DNA from: Vicugna vicugna
Taxonomy: Eukaryota
NCBI GenBank assembly: GCA_013265495.1
Contig: MU058257.1
Span: 1,106,020-1,170,019 of the forward strand
Length of the DNA: 64,000 nucleotides
Direction of reading: 5' to 3'
Shown: positions 1 through 13,112 of the stretch, piece by piece
How the letters are laid out: each line of letters begins with the position of its first letter
Position numbering within the stretch: position 1 is the first letter of the stretch
The notes under the pieces: generated by a model
The model's input: only the letters and a program-made list of their open reading frames with translations
The model's database searches: none
What the model was told of the DNA's origin: nothing
Program-made: the position numbers and the translations under genes

Positions 1-2339
1 AGTTCCCCATTTCCCCTACACCCAATAGACTATAATTATATCCTGTGTGAAAAAATTGAATGAGAACTGACAGCATTGCTCATGATGAACTGAGGGGGCA
101 GAGGGTACCTGTCCAGCCTGGGGAACTGAATCCACGTGGGCAGGGGTGGGCAGCTCCTCTCCTGAGGCCTCCTGGTACCAACAGGACCTGCTCTTCCCAG
201 CAGGTACAGGATTGGCCACACACTGGGTGTGCTGACCGCCCGTCTCTGTGGGTGACAGGGCAGCGTGCAGCCGGGGCCACTCACCCTCACATCTTCTTTG
301 TCTCCAAAGTCCCACGAGAGCGGGATGTGGGGAGGTCCTCTGTTGGTAAAGGTGGTAGATGGGACTAATCACCATGCTCCGTTTGCACAGAGAGATTCCA
401 CACACATTCATGGATGCGTTTTTGCCAGATGACCAAAGAGCAGTGACAAGTTTGCCATCCTTCGCTCTCTGTGACCCAGACTTTTCCTCCAACTGTTCTA
501 GACTCTAGTTTTCAGACATTTCTCCTGCCCGGAGAACACGAGATCTTTCATATAGAGAGTGAGCATCCTGGTACCTTTTATTCCTTCTTTCTCTCCTCCT
601 GCATCTGCCCCCCTTGCCTCTGAGGTCGAGCCGGGGCTGCTGTACAAACAAGGAGGGGTGATTGGTTCCCCTCAAGTGGGCTGGTGGGTGCTGTAAGGTC
701 CAGTAATATGCCCTGATTTTCCATTCAAGGATACAGCCTGTTTTTTCAAGCATTTGTCTTTCTCTATGGAGTTTTCCTTGAGAACAGTAAGAAGGCAGGC
801 AGCGCTGCTGTTAAACGGTGAGAACAGGTAGATTGTCCAGACAGACGTATGCCATTTCCTTCCTGCCATGTTCTCCTGCTTCTAAAGAACAGCAGGTGTT
901 TTCATTGTTGCGTCTGAGCGCGGTCACAAGGGTCACCCTGCGGTACCACAGATGGTGGCCTCCCAGCCAAAAGCCAATAGTAACCACTGTTCTCACAGCC
1001 CACATCCTGCCATTGATTTTCGCAGGGACCTCCCCATTGATCGCACAGGGGCTTTTTCCCCCGGATCAATGGCAGGATATAGCTCATGACATGACGTGTA
1101 GATAAAAGACCCGGGAGTTAACTGTCAACAGAACGAAAATTTAGATGTAAACTCATTTAACAAAAATTGGCTTTCAAAGGTTCATCAGAAGAGAAAGCCT
1201 TTCAAAATGCCTTCCCCGACCTTGCTGTTAACATCAATGCAAATCAGATTTCTTATACCCCAATCACGATTCCTTGGATGTAAAGACACGTCTATGGCTT
1301 TTCATGTTTATCAAAATCACATTCTCATTGGTACCTCTAATAGAGATAAAGTTTTTTTTTTAAGAAGTGTGGTTTTTGCCCTCAAACAGTATAGTATCTA
1401 ACGGGGAAGAAAGATGGGCCCACAGATAACTTAGGACAAAGTGGGAGGAAAAAGGGAGCAGGGAGGGGAGAGAGGGCATCGAGCTCTGGAGTGTTGAGGA
1501 AGACGTGTGAATAGCTTGTGTACAGGCTCTCAAGTCCTGAAAGTAAAAAATTAAAAACTTAACCACCCAAATTTTCTGATCGTTAGGGATACACACGTGT
1601 ATTGGTCCTGTTGGTACTACCCAGATTTCAAGCCAAAAAAGGGAAATGACTCACAGGCAGAATGGGCTGTCAGAGGGGTCTCCCTCCCTCCCAAGATTCC
1701 CGGGAGGTCCCAGTTGCACCCAATGTCCAGTAGTAATTATGAAGAGCACCCCTTCCACTCTTTGAAGTGACCCTGCCCAGCCAGTGAACTACACTTTGGC
1801 AAGGCAGATGTCAAAATCTGTTTTAGTTGCGGGACACCAATGAGTGAGGACAGAATAGTGGGATGTGGAGGACGCTGATGTGCTGGCAAGGTTCAGAGCC
1901 GGGGGCCTGGGCGCTGCGTCCCTGGTGATGCTGGTCAGGCGGTGCTGGCGGTGGTCCCCACGCCGCCTGGGACAGCAGAGCGCAGAGCCCTCCTGTGCGC
2001 CATGATCTTAGCTTCTTTCCATTCTTGTATCTCCTTTTTTTTTTTTCCATTTCCCAACCTCTGTTTTTCCCTCCATCCCAGAGTCACCAGTTGCTGGATG
2101 GCTATTCCTTACACCATCTGCTCTGCCAGTCGGAACCTCTTCTGACTGCTGGAAAGTCACCCTTTCAGATCTGCCGGCTGGGCTGTCGACTCGCGCTGAC
2201 TGAACCACTGTTGTGCGCCGGGCAGTGCTGAGCACCAAGAACCTCCCGGAGGAAGAGTCACCGAGAGCTGCAATGGTCTATGGATGTGGACTTTGACACG
2301 GGTTCGCCATGCAGGACAGGCACATAACGGGGTTCCCAG

Positions 2340-3060
2340 TTTGCTGACAAACGTCCAGTTTCCAGTCCATTGGACGCATCACTCCATCTAATGACAAGTG
2401 AAAGCTGAACAGACTGAAAATCAGCGACAGTTCTCAGAGCCAGCAGAGAAGTGAGGTCACAGACAAACCACCGCCCTGCAAACTGGAGACACTGAGAGGC
2501 GAACACAGAAAATCACGACTTGCTGGAGCAGAAACCCACAAGCCGCCATCCCGGGGGGACCAGCACTGGGGCCGGCAAACTTTGGTGGACCGCACTTGGA
2601 TTGAATCGCTGCAGGCTGCGTGTGGACTGGGGAGAGTTAAAACCCCAGGGAGGGGCAGTCACAGGGAGCTCGCACACTTTGGTGGGTTTTGCCCCCGGGA
2701 GCTCGGCCGGTTCTCACGGTGCAGAGCAGGGAACTGTCCCCGTGCGCTTCAGCCAGGGAGGGAAAAGGAACCATCGGGGAATATTCCGGATGCTCTGGTC
2801 TACGAACAAGGGCTGCCTTCAGGAGAGACCAGCTCACCTGAGCCGCCCCTGCTGGGCTTCCATCAGACCTGGGTGAGCGGGTGTGGGCGGGGGCAGGAGA
2901 CGGCCAGCTGCAGCCCATCTACGGGCCGGGGCGGAGCCAGCACGCCCGTGTGAAGTTCACGCCCAGAGTCGGAGGCCTCACCCTGGGACCACAGCAGGCT
3001 CCCCACGGGCCAGCTCCCAGCCTCACCGGCCCGGCACTCAAGCCTTCCTCACAGTGGTGT
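2340..3060 (+). mobile_element. Ancient L1 (L1M-type) 5' UTR fragment, GC/CpG-rich
   Basis: AAGCTGAACAGACTGAAAATCAG...CAGAGAAGTGAGGTCACAG...CTGGAGCAGAA resembles old L1M 5'-end consensus as remembered; boundaries approximate. Confidence 0.6.
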
Positions 3061-4486
3061 CTTCTACCCAGCTCCGCCCGTCCGCAAGCTAGGAAAAAAT
3101 GACAAACTCGATGGCAGATTTGTGAGTGTCACCATACGCAGTTGCCTTGAAGTTTTCACTGATCCGAACAGCTCCAGTTCGAGCCAGGAACTCTGAAACA
3201 TGTCCCTAATTAGTGGGGAATTACCTGGGGTGATTCATGTATATTTGAAATTGGCATTCATCTCATTCAGACATGTTTAATGAATAATCATTAAAATTTG
3301 ATATAAGCAGACAGCACAGACCCATTCCAGCCTTCGTGGAGGATGTGTGTGGGTGAGATGGAGCACAGAGCCGTGCACTCTGGACAGAACACCATCTGAC
3401 AGGCAGATTGGTAAGATTCTGTCAGCCTCAAGCTTAGAAATATTTTTTTAGTTTTTGGTTGTTTCTTTATTTGTCCCCATGTTCGTACACCCAAGTAATA
3501 AATCTCGGATTTTACACAAAATGAGCTGCTTACGCAGACATCCTGGAAGTGAAATCTTAAATTTGAGGAAAAGAGCTATGAACACAGGCAAACTCAGAGT
3601 TAATACAGCTCAGACATTTGGCTTCCAGAAACTTCCATCAGCACAGGGAAGTTTATATCGCTCTTGAAGTTATTTTACCAGAAACTGAATTGTATGGTTC
3701 TTCCGCCCCGTTAGACCCTCTCACCGCAATTCAGGATGGGCCTGGGTCAACATCCAGATGCAAGTGTGGCATCTGGATTCGGCCTGATTTGTTAACAGCC
3801 TGATTCACAAAACCCTCCCCCGAGAGTAACAGAAGATGTGGACCGTGTGGTGCGAAGCTGTAATTAACATGGCTCTGACCCCAGGGTGTGCGGACTGTCC
3901 TCTCCTTCCCGGCTGCTCTGGGGGGAGGGGAGGCAGCAGCTGGCTGATTGGCCCAGATTCCAGGGCAGTTTGCAAGTTCCATAAAGCACCAATCATGCAA
4001 AAGATGAGTTAGCTCTGAAAAGATGTATCCGAAATGATGACTCTCTTCTTCAGGGTTACCCTGCGGGGGAAGGGGCAAGAAAAGATGCCCATTTCCCCCA
4101 GTTCCTTCTGTGCCAGATAAAACCATTACGCAAGATTGGAAGCCTGGAGGGTGGGAACTGCTTCCCCACCAGAAAAGCCTTTCCTTTCTCTCCAAGCCAC
4201 CCCGTTTCCCGCTGGTGTCCTGAGCGGACGGCTGCCTTCCTGCCTCCTGAATGAGACCCTTCGATTTCTCTCTCCTTCTCCCTGGGCAGAAAGGCTGCAC
4301 CCGGAGGAAGCTGTACCCGCTTGTTTTCAGCCCAGCGGACAGGGGCTCCTAGAACATCAGCTGAGCGGATCCACTGTAGCTAAGCACCTGGATGTTCATT
4401 GAGAGGTTTACTGGGGGCATCTGGGGTGGGGAGGGTACTCTTTGTCTTTCCATAGGGTTGTTTATATTCAGTTCAGCTCACTTTTG

Positions 4487-4529
4487 CACATGCACACGCA
4501 CACGCACGTGCACACACACCACACACACA
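4487..4529. repeat. Imperfect (CA)n/(CACG) microsatellite
   Basis: gcacatgcacacgcacacgcacgtgcacacacaccacacacac seen directly. Confidence 0.9.
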
Positions 4530-6626
4530 GGCACTCACAAGAACTTGGGAAGGTCTCTCTGGAGTCTGCACCCCTGACAGGCTGTCCAGAGCTCCCCTGC
4601 GGACACTGTTCATCACTGTGAGCCACATTCGTGCTGCCCAGCATCCTTCCGGCTTTTCTTCGGAGCACCTGGTCGGGTTGCAGTTCCTCGCCCTCCTAGC
4701 TGGGTGTGGGCCTGGGATTCGCCCCGGCTGCAAAGGGAAGGGGTGACACGCCTTCCATCCAGGGGAAGCTTGAAGACCAGCACGCGACGCCCACTCTCCC
4801 TCCTTCCCTCGGCCATGTCGACTGGCAAATTTTTTAGCTGGTGTTGTTCTCTCAGACAGCGTCCTCGGTGGGTCAGGGCAGAAGATGGACAAGTGCAAAG
4901 ACAGAAAATACACCCAGGTTTTTCACTCCACTGGGACTTAGCAGTCGCCAGGAAGCACAGGGAGCCTGGCCTCCATGGCTGAGCACCTAGCTTCGAAAAT
5001 CTCCCCGGGCAGCTGAGAAATTTTCATGTCTACACAGATGCAGTCCCAGAAGCACTTTATCTGTGTCCTTTCTCTGAACAAGACGGATGGCCGCCCGTCC
5101 TGCTGGGACCGCGGGGACTCCTGTCGGCCCCCAGCGCTCTCGCCCGCAGGGCTGGGCTGCACACTTCTGCAAAGAGAAAGAGGTCACTCTAAAAGTCCGT
5201 GCCTTTTGTCTCTGAAACCAGCTCTTAGTCTTCTCCCCTTCCCCACCTGAACGTACTCTCTCATAAATTCTAACAAGATAACCAGCCCATCAGACGTTAA
5301 TGAAGACGGAGGGTCGCCTATCCGTTTTGGGAAACACACACTTAGTCATCCGTTCTCTACCTAAGTGCTCATCAGCCCCCACTTCCAGGAATTATTTCTG
5401 TCGAGCCCAGCAGTATTCATTCTCCATCCCCCAGTCTTCCCTGGCTCCGCCGTCTCTCGGCCCATAATAAGGCAATTTGAAATACAAACCGACTCGGGGA
5501 AGCAGCCTGCCTCAGAGTGCTCATTTTGCTGCCTCGGTCTCTCCCAGGAGCCCCTCCACGGGGGCCGCCCGAGGATTCTCGCCTCCCATCAGCGCCCAAA
5601 TGATAAAGACAGAATCCACAAGCAGAGCTTTCTGCAAACTTTAGGTTCCTTAGCCTGAAATTCAAACAAATTTCAAGTGATAAAAGCAGAACCCACCCTC
5701 TCCCACAGGCCTGAAAGAAAGGAAACTTAAGGGGAAAAAATATAGTGACACTGAAATATTCAAACCTGGGATTTACATGATAATGAGGGGATAGATTACA
5801 TTCTCGCCATTCTACCCGCAAATGATCGCAGAGCCTTACAATCGCTTGTACAGCGAGAGCAAACCATATTTAGAGTAAACCCAGAAGTTCAGAAGATGGG
5901 TGGAAAGCTTTTCGCTCATCTCCAGAACAAAGGCAGCAAGAGACGCCGAACACACCCTGGACAACCGGTCCCTCTTTCCAGCCCATGTAACTGAGCTTTT
6001 CAGCTCACATCAGAGTCCTCTCTGCCGAGACATCCATAAAGTGGATCCGATTAAGCCACACAGCTCTGAAGACATTCCTGTTTAGGAAGAGCAAGGCCTC
6101 TCCCCGGGTTGGGGGCCCCCTCTTCATGCTCCCAAGTACGTCCTTTCTGCACCCGGCTCTCCGCTGCTGTTCACGCTGTCGGGGGCCCACCTGACGCCAT
6201 ATCAGACCCTGCTTCCCTAAAGGGGGGAACCACGTCTGATTTATTCTCTGCACCCTTGGCAGTGAGCATCACGTCTGGCACAGAACAGACATGTGATAAA
6301 TACTGAAAGGTTAGGGCTTTTTAATGATGCCACTTTTGAGCATCAGAGACCCGCTCCTGCCAGGACAGGAGTTGGGGGTGGGCGGGGGTCCCTTCCAGAG
6401 CTCTCCTCCCAGGAAGGGGCAGCTCAGGAAGGAATGTGGAGGAAGACTTCCCCCCACCCAGCTCAGGCTTCTCCCGGCTCAGGGGAAAGTCAGGAGAACG
6501 GCCTATCTGCCGCACAGCTTAAAGGTCTGTCGTTATCCTGGGGAGCTGCGGTCCTTTATCTTGAAGCTTGACTTCTATGAAGAATGAGGCAAACTTTGAT
6601 TCTGCATCAGGCAGATTACAACCTTA

Positions 6627-6676
6627 AACACACACACACGCGTACACACACAAACACACACACACACACACACACG
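6627..6676. repeat. (CA)n microsatellite, interrupted
   Basis: Run of CA dinucleotides seen directly. Confidence 0.95.
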
Positions 6677-6729
6677 CTGCTTATCGAAGCCTTCCCTTCA
6701 GATTTCCAAATCTCCAAACCCCGTCTTAT

Positions 6730-7010
6730 GCCTGCTGAGGCCTGGTGGTCTGAGCCTGTGGGCCTGGCTCTCTGGACCCATCCTCCCACCCCCTCCCTCC
6801 CCACTCCCCACTTTTGTTCTGGCTGTTCCAGCTCCTTCCATTCCAGCTCATTCTCTCTGCACCCTCTGCTCAGAACAAATAAATCCCCCAGCTGGGACTT
6901 TTCCAGCACGATGTTCCTTCTGCCTGGCATGCTCTTCCTCTAGAACTTTGCATGGCTCCCTCCTTCCCCACAGTCTCCTACTTCCTCAGAGAGAGCCTTT
7001 CCAAATCACT
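6730..7010 (+). mobile_element. Degenerate L2 fragment
   Basis: Pyrimidine-rich L2-like text (tgttccttctgcctggcatgctcttcctc...cttcctcagagagagcctttcc). Confidence 0.5.
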
Positions 7011-7029
7011 CGTCTTCCCCTGTTACTCT

Positions 7030-7327
7030 CCGTCCCAGCTCTGGTTGCCAGCATCCTCGGTGCTCCTCAGTTAGTACCTGCACCCCTCCAGTCTTGTCTG
7101 CATCTTCTTGTGGTGTTCTCCCCACGTATGTCCGTGTGTCTCTTCTCTTCTTATCAGGGTACCAGTCATTGGATTAGAGCCCATCCTGTAATCCAATAGG
7201 GCCAAGATACCCTCATCCTAATTTGATTACATCTATAAATTTACCTAGTTCCTAATAAGGTTCATTCACAGGCACTGGAGTTAGGCCTTCAATGTCTCTT
7301 TTTGGGGAAGAAATTCAAACCCCAAAG
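7030..7327 (-). mobile_element. MaLR LTR fragment (MLT1B/C-like)
   Basis: cttcttatcagggtaccagtcattggattagagccca...aaggttcattcacaggcactggagttagg...ttttggggaagaaattcaaaccc matches the reverse strand of MLT1 LTRs. Confidence 0.8.
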
Positions 7328-8835
7328 TATTGATTCCATTAGTCACATGGAGCACATGGGAGCCAGTTGAAGAATCAACCAGTCTTCCCATCTGGTCTCG
7401 AATGCAGGCCACACAGTGTCTCCTGGGACACAGGCAAAGAAGCCTCCACATGGCATTTTTTTATCAAGATGCTCATCAATTTCAAACACACGGGATTTTG
7501 GAAGCAGCTGCAGTAGAGAGTTTCTGAAATCCTTATTAAGTGTTAGGGAAGAGGCTAAGCAGAACGCAGAGCAAACAGGGAGGTGACAGACAGTCGTAAA
7601 CATTAGTAAGGAAAGGGAACCTCACCAGTGTTTTTAGGAAGCCTAGTATTTTGGGATGGAGATGGGTCCAAAATTTTAATAGAAATGCAAGCAAGTTTAG
7701 TCGCAGCAATAAAAATATGTCTCAAGTGCACAAATTTCTGAAAAAGAAACATGAGAAATGACCCCAGAGACCCAGACTCAAATGCTGTTCTCTACACAAA
7801 AGCGAGACCAGCTTTGCAGTGATGCCCAAACCACCCAGGTGGCTGTGGACAGATTCTGTGAACAGATATTTGTTGTATGTGATACCAAATCCGCAACTGT
7901 CACGTCGCTGTTGGTGGTGGTCCGCAGAACTAAGGGTCTGACCTGGCCTGGCAGGGAGTGCGTGAGAAGTTAGGCTCGTAGCCACGCCCCCTGGGTGGTC
8001 CAGGGGCAGCAGGACCATCTCCTCCAGCACACCCAGGAGGCTGTGGGTTGCAGAAATTTCCCCGTTTCCCTGCCCTGCCCGCCTGCCAGAGGAGGGTCCC
8101 GTGAACACCACCAAGAGAACGGCTCCATTACCAGGAGATCTGGGGTCTGCTGCAAAGTCAAATTCAGTAGAGGGCATTAAGTCGCTGATTACCAAATGTG
8201 AGTGTGCTCCGTTCCTAAGCCAACCACCAGCTTGATCTGGGGCTTGGGAGACATGACCTAGTTCATACAGTGAGAAGACCTTAAGAGAAACACATCTCAT
8301 TTAACTCAATTATGCACTCTCCAGAAATAAAACACACTTCCACGGGAGGTAACAGGTGCCTAATTTTTGAAAATACACAACCAGCAACCGACTAGAATAC
8401 TATACAGTGAATTCCTGCCAAATTGTGGGAGACAATCTCTCACACTACCTCCAACTCTGAAAATTGTATAACTTGAGAGATATATTTCAGTCCCAGAAGA
8501 TTTCAGATATGCAGGTATTTCAAGTTCATTGCAAGAGAGATCAGCAAAGAATAACATTATAAATGATACAGAAGGAATTTCATCATGCACACAGGACAGA
8601 AAATGAGCAGCTGGTACTCTGAAGCAAGTGTCGGAGGAAATCAGGAGTGACTGTTCCACCTTCTGAGGGTGATGGGTCCAAATTGGAGTGGGGCCAATGA
8701 GTGATTTCCGAGGGTGGCTATGGAACAGGGTATCAAACGAATCAAGCCACCCTCCATCTAAAAGAGCCTAAAGAAATTGTATTGTCTTCAAGGATTTATA
8801 TTCTGTAGCACTGGTTTTAATATTGAGGGTGAGGG

Positions 8836-9090
8836 ATAAATTGGGAGTTGAGGATTTGCAAATACAAACTATTGTATATAAAAGAGATAAACAACAAGGC
8901 CCCACTGTACAGCACAGGGAACTCTATTCAATTTCTTATAACAACCTACAGTGAAGTGAATATGAAATCATATTCATATGATTATGTAAAAGAATGTATG
9001 TATGTATAACTGAATCACTGTGCTGTACACCAGAAACTAACCCAACATTGTAAATCAACTATACTTCAATAAAAAAAAATTTTAATAAAA
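8836..9090 (+). mobile_element. 5'-truncated lineage-specific L1 (3' UTR and A-tail)
   Basis: gggataaattgggagttgagg...acagggaactctattcaa...tatacttcaataaaaaaaaa; degenerate TSD attgagggtgaggg / attaaggatgaggg. Confidence 0.9.
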
Positions 9091-10100
9091 TTAAGGATGA
9101 GGGTGTTGGGTGGGGTGGAGAGAGCATATTGGAATTAACTTGGGAGTCTTTCTAAATTCCATTCTTTGTGGGAGGCGAGTGGGGGGGGTGATCAGGCAGG
9201 AGCGAATTTGAAAAGAGCCTCATGTGACTCTATTAGTCTTATGTGCTTCAGAATCACTTTACAGGAAAGAGAAAACAAAGAATTTTCCTTCTTTTACATC
9301 CATTGGTTCACGAGGTTTCCTCCAAAGCTGGTTTCCCTTTTCTTGTGTCCCGACTTCCCTTCTGCAGGGTAGGCGGTTAGAGAAATTGCTGTAACCATCT
9401 ACTCAGTCCAACTCTCTGAGCCAAGGATAAAAGGTTCTTTTTTTCCCCCTCAATTTCAAAAACTCTATTAATTGGTGGTGATAAAAATCTTTCTCATCTT
9501 GAGAGTCCAAGGGGAAAAAATGCAAAAATATATGATTGCCAAAAATCTGTGGTAAATTCCCTTTTGTTTTGCTGCATAAGTAAGAATCTACCCCAACCAG
9601 ACCTCCCATGTTTAGAGACCTTCTTCAAACCCCTTGACTTTTTAAAATTGTGAAACATGCTCTGGGTATAACCCCCCAGTGTCCACACCCTCCCACTCTG
9701 CGAAGAGACAGGACATCTGCTCCCCAGCTCCCTGGGAAAGTATATTTAACTGTTGGACGCTTTCCTTTTCAAAAGGGTGCTGGCTTTTTTCTTTCTTCTT
9801 CTTCTTTTTTTTTTAAGCCTCCAGGGCACAAACAAAATAAAATGACCCCTTCTGTGTTTAAATCCGGTAACAGCGTCTGCATCAATACAAACAGCAGGTC
9901 CTCCAGGTCCGCTGAGAATCAAGACTGAGGACCAGGCACTGCTTATCTCAGCATCCTTGAAGCGCATTTACCTCAGGAGACCTCTAGACGCGAGGGTGTG
10001 CCGAGAACGGGCCGTGGGTGAGCAAAGGAAGATTATGGCAGGCTCAGCTTGGGTGTCTCAGTCCTGGCACCAGCCATCGGGAAACTGCCTACAAGCATGC

Positions 10101-10150
10101 CGCGTGTGTGTGCGTGCGTGCGTGTGTGAGAGAGAGAGAGAGAGAAAGAG
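10101..10150. repeat. Compound (TG)n(TGCG)n(GA)n microsatellite
   Basis: Seen directly. Confidence 0.95.
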
Positions 10151-10539
10151 CGGGGAGACACATTGGGGGAGATGGAAACACACCAAGCACCTGAGTCTTC
10201 TTCCTGCAAAAACATAATGACATCTTCCACATCGTGGTATGAGAGACTGAAAAAATGAGAAGCAGGAATCTCACAGGAGTCAATTTTTCAAAAAAAAAAA
10301 AAAGTTTAAGCCAGCGTGGGCTCGGTGTCATTCACACTTAGACCCCAACCAAAGACCAATATTACCAGCCTTTATAAGAATTTTGTTCTTGATGTTAGAG
10401 TTGTAATTTTCCTTGTGTCATTTTTTAACTCCTGTTTCTCTTAAAAAAAAATAGCAAACAAACTCAAAAACTAGCCAAAAAGAAGTTTGCTTTTCTTTTA
10501 GCAAAAGCAGAAGAGGCAGAAAGGAAATATTCCCTGGTT

Positions 10540-11060
10540 TTGATTCAGTTCAACTCAACAAATATTTTGGAACCACTTCTCGGCTAGAGTCCCTGCCCTC
10601 CTGAGGTGGACGTTTATAGGAGAGACAGGCAGTCAGAGACACCGCCGTTCAGTGTTGGGACAGATGGGGGGAGCTTCCCAGAGGAGTGATGTCTGCGTGG
10701 GATCCCAGAGCTCTTGGAATTTTCAGGGGAGCCTTTGATGCTGTGTACTCCTGGACCTCTCCCTGGATGTCGGAATCAGAACCTCTAAGAGAGCCGTGCA
10801 TGTTTAAAGTCTCCCCAGGTGAAGGGGAGGCAGTGGCCTGACCCTGGGGTCTGGGAGGAGGCGGATGAAGGCGTGGAGGCGACAGAGCACATGGGAGGCA
10901 GAGCTGAGAGCCGGCTGGGGGTGCCAGGCCCTTAGGGAGCAGCGTGGGTGTAGTTGGCTGATCAAACTGGAGAACAGAAGGGACCAGATCGGGAAAGGCT
11001 TGGTGTGTGCTACCGGGGGTGGGGTTGGACTTCACCCCACGACCATCCAGCTGGATGACT
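10540..11060 (-). mobile_element. Degenerate L2 fragments
   Basis: ttcaactcaacaaatattttg...ccctgccctc...ggagagacag and later ggaccagatcgggaaaggcttg...ttggacttcacccc are L2-like. Confidence 0.5.
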
Positions 11061-12419
11061 GTGAGGACAAGAGCAGGGGGACCTGGGGCTGGGTCCGGGT
11101 ATCAGGAGTCATTCCAGAAGCACGCCCTTCCCAGGGGCTGGAAGCAGCCAAGAACCGGTTCCTCTGCCCTCATTACATTTCTTACCCCCGACTCCCTCCC
11201 GTTCGGTCTACATCCCACACGACCCACCGTCAGGGAGACAAGACCAGGTGGAAACACACACGTTTATGGTCAGCTGGTACCCCTGCACAGACAGACGTGT
11301 ACACGGCTTCGCCAAAGGAGGAAGGCTGCGGCCCCCAGTCCTCCCACCACGCCCCTCCCGGCTGCCCCTGCGACTTCTTCGTCTCCCCAAGGCTACTGTA
11401 GACGCTCATCTAACTGGTCTCACTTGTAAATGAATATCACGGGGTGTCTGAGTCTCTCCCTCTGACGCTGGTGCTTGGCCCTGAAAGGTGCCGTCGGATG
11501 ATACACACACTGTCCTCCGGTCAGACGACCATGTCCTCAGGGTGCAGATCTCCCACCCCACCCCCAGCTTCCATACAGAGTCGTGATATCCTAAGAAGCT
11601 GAGTGGACCCACAGAGAGGAACGGTTCTATCACAGAGGAAAGGTCGCGTCTCCATCCTCCTGTGACAGCCAGCCTCACCTGTCCCGGCAGGTGCATCAGC
11701 GCGCGCTCAACCCCCAACCCTGGAGTCAGGAACCGACGTCAGTGGGAAGATTTAATAGAAACATTCAGTGGTAACAGGTCAAGAGGTGGGTCTGTGCAAA
11801 CCGCAGATTCCTCCCCGAGCCCGTGCGTAAGTGGCGGGCTGTACCGTAAGAAGTGAGGATTCCCCCCGCAGAGGAAGTGAGAGGTAAGTGAGGAGAACAC
11901 CACTCTCAGTAGCAGAGGTTTTCATCCTTACCAAGAACCACACAGAAAATAAACTGTATGGGCAGGACTTAAAGGCGGCCTCCTCCACCCAGCGGCTCTG
12001 GGAACAGCGCCGTGTGGGAAGCACCAGCCCGTGTGCAGAACCTCAGCTCAGCACAACCGCACACGCTTCCCCACCAGCCTTCCCGTGGCTCTGTTCCGAG
12101 GCTCCCCACTTTAAGCCCCCATCTGTGGCTGCGGGGAGATTTGGGGGCCATGATGAAGAAGAACTGACCCCAAACTTTGTTTTCCACTCTGAGCTCAACC
12201 CAAACAAACGATTTGAACCCCCAAACAAAAGAAAGTCCAGAAATCTCCGTCTCTGCTTCTTAGAAATTGTTTCTCTTAAAGCTGTATCAGTATGTGGGGA
12301 AGAGAAGTCAGAGGCTGAAATCGTCTGATAAAAGTCACAATTAAGAGCCAGAAATTAATTTTGGTGAGAGAAGGCTTTAACACAACAACTGATTTTATGG
12401 AGAAGGGAGAAGTGTCTTT

Positions 12420-13112
12420 TTTTTTTCTTTTGTTTAAAAAATAATTGTTTATTGAAGTGTAGCTGATTTACAATGTTGTGTTGGTTTCAGGTTTACAGCA
12501 TTGTGATTTATACATACATATTCTTTTTCATTATAGACTACTACAAAAAATTGTAAATAATTCCCTGTGCCATCTGGTAGATCCATGTTGCCTGTCTATT
12601 TTATATATAGTAATTTTGTTATCTGTTAATCCCAGACTCTTAATTTATCTCTTCCTCAATCCCTTTCCCCTTTGGTCACCATAGTTTGTTTTCGATATCT
12701 GTGAGTCTGTCTCTGTTTTGTAATAAGTTCATTTGTATCATTTTTTAAGATTCCACATATAAGTGATATCATATGATATTTGTCTTTCTCCTACTGATTT
12801 ACTTCACTTAATATGATAATCTCTAGGTCCACCCATGTTGCTGCAAATGGCATGATTTCATTCTTTTTATGGCTGAGTAGTATTCCGTTGTATAAATATA
12901 CCACATCTTCTTTATCCAGTCATCTGTCAATGGACACTTAGGTTGCTTCCATGTCGTGGCTGTTGTAAATAGTGCTGCTGTGAACATTGGGGTGTATGTT
13001 TCTTTTCAAATTGGAGTTCGTCCAGATACATGCTGAGGAGTAGGATTGCTGGATCATATGGTGACTCTATTTTTATTTTTAATTTGTTAGTTTGTTTTTA
13101 GTTTTAGCTTTG
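12420..13112 (-). mobile_element. 5'-truncated L1 (ORF2 end and 3' UTR)
   Basis: Poly-T followed by reverse L1 3' UTR; 11-bp TSD GAAGTGTCTTT at 12409-12419 and 13113-13123. Confidence 0.95.

Noticed and set aside
7981..8000. CTCF-like motif (also ~44905-44920)
   Set aside because: Mismatches at core positions; not supportable without a PWM scan or ChIP data
7722..8300. 192-aa minus-strand ORF (likewise 3731-4300 and 10865-11401)
   Set aside because: No family resemblance; lengths are compatible with chance in GC-rich mammalian DNA
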